From contig OX597831.1 in the NCBI GenBank assembly GCA_951406725.2, positions 59,892,001 through 59,956,000 of the forward strand: a DNA stretch of 64,000 nucleotides, read 5' to 3'. The notes under the pieces were generated by a model, which made no database searches, was not told the origin of the DNA, and was given only the letters and a program-made list of their open reading frames with translations. The DNA is from Octopus vulgaris (Eukaryota). This document shows, one piece after another, positions 54,040 to 64,000 of this stretch. The number at the start of each line of letters is the position of its first letter. The first letter of the stretch is position 1. The translations under genes were made by a program, and so were the position numbers.

Positions 54040-55161
54040 CTAAAAAGAATTTTCCTGCTTAGGGAGCAGTTTTTGGCTGGAGGTGTGGTTGCACTGTTGG
54101 ATAGGGTTGTAGTTTCCACTTTTGTTGTTGTTGTTTTTGTGTCTTCCTGAAAAGACTGGACCAGCATTACTGCAGCATGGTGTGTTTCTATTTTTATTGT
54201 TATTCAGGTTTGTGTGTTGGCTTGAGGCCCCGTTTCTGTTTGTGCGTCGGGTCCCAGGAAGATGAGTGAAGGGACAGTAACTCAGTAGACATGTTCTCTC
54301 ACGTTGGGAATACCGGCAGATTTTGGGACTCCGAGTTGTGTGTGTTTTGAATTTCGATTTACTATTTGGTGGTGTTGATGTTATTGTGGGATGCGTGCTT
54401 TGGCATTGGCCGGTAGTGCGTCTAGTGCCGGGTAGATGCGTGAAGATGCAGTCACTATTTGTGCAGAGTCTCTGGCGCAGTGAATAGCGGCATATTTGGG
54501 GATTTCTTGTTTGTGCCGTGGGGGGCGCATTCTGCTTCCTATGTTTCTTTAAGTTTTTGTTACTGCAGTAGTATTGAGGTGGTGATGTGGGGGAAGAGGG
54601 CAGTGGTTGCTTATTTGGTTTTCTGTTGGTATTTTTGGTGATAAAAGACGATGGTGGCAGCGGTGGTGATGATGATGATGATAATTGTGGTGGTTGCTGT
54701 GAGAGCGGTGAAAAGATACTGGCATTTAGTGAATCATCTAGTAAGCTAGAGTTGAGGAGTGGCTGTTGTTGTTCTTGTTGCTGTGGCTGTTGTTGTTGTT
54801 GTTGTGCTTGACCGATGTTAGGGTCAGCCATTGTGCTGGGAACCAGGAGTGGCTCATTCTGTTGTTGTTGTTGTTGTGGCTGCTGATTTTCTAGCTGTTG
54901 TTGTTCTTGAACTGTGAAAATATGTAGAAGCTTTTCATAATGGCCTCTTATCAGTTTGAAAGATACTTCGATATGTTTCAACTTGCTACGAATCTGTTTG
55001 ACGGATCGTGTGTTGACCACTTGTGATGTTTTTTCGGCAATCTCATTCAAACACAAGACATTTAGATTTTCTGTTTTGGAAAGAGAGAACCATGTGTTTA
55101 TTAAAACATCAATTTCGTTATCAGACCAATTTCGTCTGTTGCAGGCCTGCAAGTTAGTCAT
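54040..55161 (-). CDS. LINE ORF1: N-terminal Myb/SANT-like domain, Q/P/S-rich linker, two C-x8-C-x4-C-x3-H zinc fingers
   Basis: RNWSDNEIDVLINTW..RSVKQIRSKLKHI; CRYSLRQRLCTNSDCIFTH-LPGTRRT and CRYSQRERTCLLSYCPFTH-LPGTRRT. Confidence 0.85.
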   Translation of the reverse strand: MTNLQACNRRNWSDNEIDVLINTWFSLSKTENLNVLCLNEIAEKTSQVVNTRSVKQIRSKLKHIEVSFKLIRGHYEKLLHIFTVQEQQQLENQQPQQQQQQNEPLLVPSTMADPNIGQAQQQQQQPQQQEQQQPLLNSSLLDDSLNASIFSPLSQQPPQLSSSSSPPLPPSSFITKNTNRKPNKQPLPSSPTSPPQYYCSNKNLKKHRKQNAPPTAQTRNPQICRYSLRQRLCTNSDCIFTHLPGTRRTTGQCQSTHPTITSTPPNSKSKFKTHTTRSPKICRYSQRERTCLLSYCPFTHLPGTRRTNRNGASSQHTNLNNNKNRNTPCCSNAGPVFSGRHKNNNNKSGNYNPIQQCNHTSSQKLLPKQENSF

Positions 55162-55482
55162 GTTTGTTTTTCTTTTGTTTGTTTTCCTTTTGATTTTTGA
55201 AAATATATATATTCTTTCTTGGGAGTTAAAGAAGTGTATATATATATAAATGTTCTCTCTTAAGGGTGTGAGTTTTTGATTATTTGGTTGTTTGAGGATA
55301 TTAAAAGAAAAACAGGTGTATATAACAATTTGTAGTTAAATGAAAACGTACTTACGGGTTTGTAGGCAAACACGTGGTTACAAATATATATATATTTAAG
55401 GTCAGTTAGTTTTGAAGCTGTGTAGCTTGCTACTAACTTGGGAGAGAAACAAATAGACGTCCGTCCACTTCAACAGTTAATC

Positions 55483-55707
<225 letters not shown>

Positions 55708-55925
55708 ATTTAAAATAATACAGATAAAAGAAGAAACAAACGTGAGAGCGTAGCACAAACAATGTATTACTATGAACCTGAGAGAAGTAATAGAGAAGAT
55801 GCTTTACGTTTCGAATAGACCTCTTGTTCGTCAACAGGAAATACAAGAAAATCCAAGGGGAAAGAAGGAAGAAAGAGTAAGAAATCGCCGTCCATGTCGC
55901 TTTAGATTTCTGTACGTAATGTATG

Positions 55926-55999
<74 letters not shown>

Positions 56000-56133
56000 G
56001 GGTTTTTGGCAACAAGTTGCTTAAACCACTTGCCTAAAATATTAGAAATAACAGTCAAAGGACTACTACTAGGTGAAATTTATTGATTTTATTAAATTAA
56101 TTATATTTCACCCTTTATCTGTATATATATATA

Positions 56134-56178
<45 letters not shown>

Positions 56179-56909
56179 ATATATATATATATACATATGT
56201 ATGTGTGTGTGTACGTGCGTGTGAGTGTGTGCGTATGTATGCATGTTAATTAATACGTATATATCCTAACGCATGAAAGTTGGATTATTCTGTTTTATTT
56301 TTAATTCTTCCTCTCACTGGATTGAAGATATGCAAAGGAAAGTCTGAAGCAACTCAGCCAACGGTATGACCGCAATATAGGACATAACTCTGTTATGTAT
56401 CCTATGTATTTCATTAGAAACACACAGTTTCCAAGATGTAAACAAAGCAACATATCTTGATTACTTAGGTAGACACACAAATATACAAACGCTTACGCTT
56501 ATAAAGCACTAAAATGGACACATACTTACACACATGAATGCACATGTTGACCACAAGAGGTATATTTAAACTAAATTTTAAAGATTTATTCAATTCAAAC
56601 CATATACAATTAATCTCTTGCTAAGTAAAATAATAAGTTTTGTTTCGAGAAATCTTGTTTAAATGTATACATCATTGAGTAATATTTAATGAATAATTTA
56701 TATGAGATACATTTGCATTTCTAAACTAATTTCATCGCAAATTCTTCCATTAATTTAAGAGAATATATATGCGTAGGCATGTATGTATACATATGGAAAC
56801 ACACACTCACATGAACTCTCACACACACATTCACACCCACACACACGTATATATTTATATATGTGTGTATTTATGTAAAAATATGTATATATATATATAC
56901 ACACACACG

Positions 56910-56946
<37 letters not shown>

Positions 56947-57328
56947 GCAGAGGTAATGCAGTACGATCGTTTCATGCACCTCAATTTAATTGAACAATGC
57001 AATTATTGTTTCAATTTAAAATGTAGAGCAATCTTCAGCTGCATAAAGACATAGAATTTACCTAAATTAGAGCAGATGGACACATTAGTGTAATTATACC
57101 TAAAAATCTCTAATAAGTTAAGAAGAGAGATAAAGAATATGTTGTCTCTACTCCAGCATGGAAGTTAGTAAACTTATCAAGAAGACTCTGCCTGTCACTG
57201 ATTTTTGTTTTGCTTTTATGGGGTCGATTTTAATTTATAGACTAATTTATCAAACCCCTTTTATATCTCAGTCTGAGAGAACAGAGGGCACTATCTGTTA
57301 CAGGTAGGGCTGAGTGGAGTAGATAAAT

Positions 57329-59250
57329 ATTCTAATTGGTATAGTCATAAAAAATCAAGTTTTATTATAAGCAATATCATGAGGTTTAGTAAGGGAAAAC
57401 GTAAAACAAGATGCTGGCTGGTAATTAAGGGGGCACCCACTACCACACTACTGATAATGAAACAGGGAAAGGCTTCTCATAGTTAAATATATTAAACAAT
57501 CTTGCTATGTATACAGTTAAAGTTTAGGCTCGTCGAGGAGATTATTAAGAAGAATATTATAACAAATGGATAGAAATTTATGAATACTTTTGAGTATATA
57601 TCAAAATTCTTATCACAATAGAGGGAGGAAAAGAAATTATCCAGAAGTAGATTAATATTTATTCATATTGTACACTAAAATACTAACTCATCAGATGGTA
57701 TCTGTGAATACTGATTAATTGGAATATACTGGTATTAATAAAGGAGTATTGGGGTAACGGAACATGCCAATTATTAATAACATTTTTAACAAAGCAGTAT
57801 GTTTTAATAAGTAGTGAATATTCCTGTATAATTTTATATAAGCTAAATATGAATTTATAGAGATACAAAAATTATGTTAATTTTATAAATAAAGGCAGAT
57901 TATAAAATAATAATGAAATAAAATAAAATAACCAAGAAGGGTAGAACAACAAACAAAAGGAAATAAAATGGCTTAATTACTACTATTATTGTAAAGTATA
58001 TGCAGCTTGTTAACACCAATAGGAAAGACTTTTTGAAAAAATATAATAATTCAAAACATATTAGACTAAAAATTATATATTTACTTACTTAGCTAATATC
58101 AATAAAAGACTGGAGTTTGGTATCGGTTAAAGGAATTTTGTCCCCCTGTTATGGAACAATCTTATTTTATACTAAATTTAGGGTAATCAAGAAGATTATT
58201 AAGAATGAAATTTTGACAAAAGGATGAAACTTCTTTGAGTATTTAAATATTAAAAGAAGTTTTATCCTTTTGTTAAAATTTCATTCTTAATAATCTTGAT
58301 TCCTCAAAATTTTAACTTTATACAATAAGACAATATTGTTTGAAATGATCTTTAGAAATTACTTGATTAATCACTTTCTTAAATCCCCCCCCCCCCCGAT
58401 CTTAGTATTTATCAGGGCCTTTATATAAATAACATTTCTAAAAACTACCACTAAGAAACTATATATATCATGTAGAAGTAACAACAATAATTTCTTAAAT
58501 CTATAATATAACACTTAGTTATAAAAAAGATTAGTGTAAAATATGATTGCCCCATAACATGAATATTCTTTCAGACTTTTATTGATATTAGCTAAAGAAA
58601 TAAAAATAAAATATTTAGTCTAATATATTTATATTATTATATTTTTTTCTAAACATGTTCTCTATTGGTGTTAACAAGCTACATATACTTCACCATGGAA
58701 GTAGTAATTTAGCTATTTAATTCCCTTTTCTATGGTATTCTGCCTTACTTGATTATTTTATTATATTTCTTTATTACTTTATAATCTGCCTTTATTTATA
58801 AAATTAACTTAATTTTTGTATCTCTATAAATTCATATTTAGCTAAAATAAAACTACACTGGTATATTCACTACTTATAAAAAAATAGTGCTTAGATAAAT
58901 TTTTTATTAATATATAATTGGCATGCTCTGTTACCCAAATCCTCCTTTATTAATACCAGTATATACTAATTAATCAATATTCACAGATATCATCTGATGT
59001 ATTAGTATTTAAGTATACAATATGTATACATATTAATCTATTTCTGAATAATTTCTTTTCCTCCCTCTATTGTAGTATGAATTTTGGTATAGTATCATAT
59101 GATAAGACTTCCCCTGTTTCATTTTCAATAGTCTGCTAGTGGGCGACCCCTTAATTACCAGCTAACATCTTGTTTTAAGTTTTCCCTTACTAAACTTCAT
59201 GATATTGCTTACAATAAATCTTGATTTTTTATGACTATACCAACTAGAAT
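57329..59250. repeat. ~1.9 kb imperfect palindrome with no central spacer (axis 58244/58245)
   Basis: The outer ends ATTCTAATTGGTATAGTCATAAAAAATCAAG and CTTGATTTTTTATGACTATACCAACTAGAAT are mirrored, as are internal blocks. The centre reads GAAACTTCTTTGAGTATTT|AAATATTAAAAGAAGTTTT. Confidence 0.9.
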
Positions 59251-59269
59251 GATGATACCAACTAGAATG

Positions 59270-60003
59270 TCAACTCGGGATTTGCGGTTGATTTCGGACA
59301 ATTCATGAAGCACCCAATTTCCAAATTTAGGAACCTATCCATGTTGTTGAAGATAAACAGTTGTATGGTTTTAACTAAACTTTATTGCCAAATCTTCAAC
59401 TGATAATGCAAGGTTTTCTTAAAGTAATGCATCAATGAGCTTATCAAACTCAACTGGACGTTCCGTTCGATATTCATCTTCAAGGCTGAAATCTCCACTT
59501 CTGAATTTTGCAAACTGTCTTCTACAATTTTTTTCATTCAAGCATTCTTTCACATCAACAGAGTGTATGTTTCGTGTCGCTTCGGTTGCAGTGTTTCCTT
59601 TTATGTACTCATAAAGCATCATGTGCCACAAATGTTCTTTGGATACTTCTATATTTGAAAGTGTTTTAGTCAAAGAAATTTTAATTCTATTATTCTGTAA
59701 AATAATATTCAATTAGTTTACCTGTATACAAATAATCAACTAATGGTGTTTATATAAAGCATTTAATGCTGTTTATAGAAACATCTAATGTTGTTTATAT
59801 AAACATCTCTTCCAGTAAACATCTAAATACGAATATTTAGAAAGAGCAATTTAACATAACTGATACGGGATTGAACGATGGAGAATGTACATAAATGCAT
59901 AAAAAATAATTTTCAATCTTATTAGACATTCTAAAATACTATTAAATTTCATTCAATTTTTAAAAAAGGAAAATCGGACAGAACACATGGGATGACATGA
60001 TAA
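59270..60003 (-). mobile_element. 5' half of a degenerate mariner transposon
   Basis: ORF 59419-59712: EHLWHMMLYEYIKGNTATEATRNI..RRQFAKFRSGDFSLEDEYRTERP (mariner HTH). TIR-like sequence at ~59970-60003. Confidence 0.82.
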
Positions 60004-60822
60004 TTAAAGAATCACTAATAGTTTTTGCGCCAATGATCATGACTGTATTATCTGTACTACTGACTGTATCATTTTAGCTAGTAGAACCTCCGATCACATC
60101 TTGAAAAATAGTTTTAAGTGCAGTGGCCATCGTCGGTTTGACAGTAGTAATAGCAGAAGTATTACGAGTGACAATAGTAGTAGTTATAATATTAGTAGCA
60201 GCATCGGCAGTGTTTCATTAGTTGTTTCCATTTTTCTGCAACTGTTATTTAGAGGTCGATATTTGGTTATGGAATTGTATCATTCACTATGAGTTGATGT
60301 CGCACTGTGCAATTGCTAGATCGGGGTAAGTGGAAGTTCGGAAATTTTAGTAGTTTCCTATCTTGCGGTTATTTATATATGTCCACACACTAAGTCCTAT
60401 TTTTCTCTATTCCCCTATTTTAATTTCCGTATATTATTACAAATTCAGTTTTATATATCCTTTGTATTCCCTTTAGCTACGCAGAAATGCAGAAACGTAT
60501 TTACATAAAATTGATTTGATGCGTACATTTCCTTAAATATGGAACTTGGCATAACACTCAAAGCTTTTAGTAAATCAACATTTTCATATAACATATAATA
60601 CAGAGAAGAGTTCAATTGGATTCACTTTTAAATTAAGAAAATCTGTAAAATCAATATAGAAATCATGGAATCAGCTAATGGTGTTTACATAAAACACTTA
60701 ATGCTGTTTATATAAACATCTAATGTGGTTTATATAAACATCTCTTCCAGTAAACATCTAAATACGAATATTTAGAAAGAGCAATTTAACATAACTGATA
60801 CGGGATTGAATGATGGAGAATG
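59734..60822 (+). repeat. 154-bp direct duplication (59734-59887 and 60669-60822) containing ~23-bp subrepeats
   Basis: CTAATGGTGTTTA..AACATCTCTTCCAGTAAACATCTAAATACGAATATTTAGAAAGAGC..GATGGAGAATG occurs twice. Confidence 0.9.
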
Positions 60823-63800
60823 AAAGCAAAACTTGACTACACGGAATCTTAAGAAACCTATATCTATATATATTGAAGATCTCTTTATTTTCATTTTGGT
60901 TTCAACTAGGGTGTAGTTTGTGGCACACATCTTTCAAATCAGGATACTTATATGAGGCATCAATGTGATCATTGGTAGTTATATTTTCATTGTTTCATTT
61001 TTCCCACAGACTTGTCAAAAAACAAACATGCACATATTTATATATGTGTGTGTGGGTGCATGCAAGTGTGTATATATGTGTATGGATATATGTTTGCGTG
61101 TATATTATCTTAACATATATCAGTATAATTAGATATCGAAGCCTGCCACACATAATTCGGGGGGGCCGGGAGGATTGTAAGGGCGTTGGTCAAACAGCTT
61201 AACAACACTTCTTCCGGCGCTTTAGCGCCTGAGTTTACAATCTACAAATGCTGTCTTTGTTTTCATACTTTAGGGGTTGAAAAAAAATAAATAGATTTTG
61301 AACACTGGGCGCAATCGACTTAGCATCTTCTCGCAAGCTGGTGTAATTAAATATTTTATCAGCAACCCGTAATATTTCTGTCATTTTTCATTCTCTCCGA
61401 CATACCAAACTTTGCACTTATACCATACGGCAGGGGGACAATATTACGGATTGGAGTTCACAAGGTTTTAAATACTTCTTGTTTAGCAATTTCAATTACA
61501 AAACGCAGATCTATCTGTTTATAAATGCGTGTGCATGTGTGAAACAGTTTAAAATTGGTTCTTTTGCATCGCAGTGAAACTTTAAAAAGATAACTGCAAA
61601 CTTCCCCTTTAAGTTTCTAAATATGAACATAACGATTAATCTGCATACTTGATTCAGACTGCATTATCCATTGATTATAGGGAAAATACTTCCTTAAACA
61701 TGTTCCCGACTACAGAAATATAACGATGCTGCAATTTAAACCAAATTCAAATGATTAGTTTAAGTTGATATGTAAGCCACTTTGTAAAATATGGGTTTAT
61801 CTGAGATTTGTACTAATTAATTTTCTATGAAGAATATTTTACTACGAATAGTACGTCGATGAATATAATTTCAAATGTAAAAGTACTTTAAAAATATATG
61901 TTAGAAAACACAGATATGCATATGTGTACATCTATACTTCATTTCTGCTAGCGGTAAAGTGCATAAAACCGATCCGAAAGAAAAAGAAAAAATGAAGTGG
62001 AAATTAAAACATTTAAAGTAAGCTCATGTTTTACTGCTTTCTTTCTACTGACATAAATTAAATAGGCTTCATTACCACTGACTACTGCAACTAAATTACA
62101 ATAACATTAATACTGCATATATATGCTAATGTTTAGTTTGAAATTGGTATAGTTGTGTGTTTACATGCTGTAAAAGTAGAGAGTTACGCGGGACTCGTTT
62201 CACATGTTAACTTCATGTACTGAAGCAGAATCGTATTCCAGGTCATATATCACTAGCTGCTTGCTTTCGATGAATATAATATGGGTTTAACTAACTCAAC
62301 TTCGCATGAGCTGATCTATTCTATTCTACGTGGATGCAGCTAATAAACAGGAACATTTGATCTATGTTACAAATTATTGCTAAGAATACTTTAGCGAAAG
62401 ATATGTTCTTGCAGAATATATGTGGTCTTCCCAAACATGCATTATGAGATGTAGAGAGTTTAATGAATGAACTGTTTTCTTCAGTAATACTGATTAAATA
62501 ATACGGATACTACTCTGGGAATATAAGTAACAGCACACAATTTCTATTTAGTTTAGGTTACTAAAGTTCTTTGAACACTAATGTTTGAGAGAAAATAGCT
62601 CAAAGGTTAGGGATGAAAATTTACAAATGATGTTCAACTAGTTTTATGTGGCTTAGCTGAAGAGAAATTAATTTCCCTATGGATAAGCTTATTGCATTGC
62701 ACGCAAAAGTGTAGCTGCGTATTTCTAACCAGTTTGGTGAATTTATGCTTGTAGATTAAAAATTTCTTCTCAAAATCGTAATGAATTGCACCGCCTTGAT
62801 TTGAGTTTACAGTTTATAATCAAACGGCCTTCACCATAAAATAACTAAAAACCTAATGGAATTTCAGATACCAATGATTAAATAACATTCCTTAACACTT
62901 GATCATAGTTACGCTAAAAACATTACTTTTTTATTGCATTCAAGTACATCACAATCGGTGCAAGTCTAAAGCATAAAATACGTGTACAAAAAAATCTAAA
63001 ACGTTAGGTTGAATACTATGTTATCGGTAATCAAATATGATATGATTTAATATTCGTGAGTGTCAACAATTCCTGTAACAGTGTTGAATCCACTCGAATT
63101 GGAACAGAAAGAAAATATGTAAATATATTGCATGGGTATTAAAAGTTTGAACTCAACAAATCATACGGAATGCTTAGACATAGTGTTGAATGGGACAACT
63201 TCAAACAAGAGCCACATCAGACCTAAACTTTATATATATATATATATATGGAAATTTACGAGAAATGTAATTTTTCTCAAACATTGATATACGTGGAAAA
63301 AAATCATTCTTAAAGAACAGTGTCCGTCCTAATGTTTCTAATGTCGAAAATCCAAGTCGATTGTAAGGAGGGGTCGATAGACAAAATCTATTCTCAAAGA
63401 TATACATGTATATGTTTCAGTATGCCCTTCTATATACTTATTGATGGTCGCAGTCAAACGACTGAAATACAAGAATAAAAGATTATACATACATAGGAAA
63501 TAATGTTTAGATGCCAGAAACACATGCTCTATCTTGAAACCTGTTCCTATGTCATTTATGTTTTATCTTAATGTGTGTCTGTAAGCTAACTTAGCTTAGC
63601 TTATGCTTATCTTATAACTGTCTTTTGCTGTTGATACTGTAGAATGTTCTAGTACAATGAGTTTTCTCCTTAGACGTCTATGCTCAGTTATTGATAAAAT
63701 GATAATGTGATAATATTAGCCAGGAATCATAAACTAGAATAACTCAAAATTACTGGGATTAATCTGGTCTTCGAAGCTTCGTGCTATTACGCAATTCCAT

Positions 63801-64000
63801 AATTATTGTGCATTTAAATTTAGAGGCGAACCTGAGAGAATCCTTATCACTACAGGCAAAATAATTGGAGGCGTTTCGTCTGTCTTTATGCCCCGAATTG
63901 AAATCCCACAAAGTTAGATTTGCTGTTTCTCCCTTTTGGTGTCGGGAAAATATAGTATAAGATAAGTCCTCTCCCTCGAAATTCTCGCTCCGGTCGAAAA

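Noticed and set aside
55795-55840. Minus-strand ..GAG..TTCGAAACGTA hammerhead-like relic (similar relics near 5980-6110 and 57680-57700)
   Set aside because: Core and stems are too degenerate to support a call.

Overview
AT-rich, microsatellite-dense animal genomic DNA made almost entirely of repeats. The SINE families and the (TA)n/(AAT)n density look like an Octopus/cephalopod genome (inference). I can support no host protein-coding gene; most short ORFs in the track are microsatellite read-through. Contents: (1) a head-to-tail array of R4/Dong-type restriction-like-endonuclease retrotransposons in (TAA)n at 1-4 kb, one with a 5' inversion; (2) two more decayed Dong-like elements, one split by a SINE and one by a Mag-like Gypsy; (3) two mariner relics; (4) several tRNA-derived SINEs, some with TSDs; (5) Penelope-like inverted structures and minimal type-I hammerhead motifs, one apparently intact (39597-39680, minus); (6) a near-intact full-length APE-RT LINE whose ORF1 has a Myb/SANT-like domain plus two CCCH fingers; (7) a ~1.9 kb spacerless palindrome. 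The most striking item is a ~4 kb composite satellite (26.3-30.4 kb). Its higher-order unit repeats a TATA+ATG cassette encoding MPHHPRYTRFCFTLNNY...RYMVF, which resembles the N-terminus (RCR motif I) of a CRESS-DNA/circovirus-like Rep. This suggests a satellite built from an endogenous ssDNA-virus or rolling-circle element.
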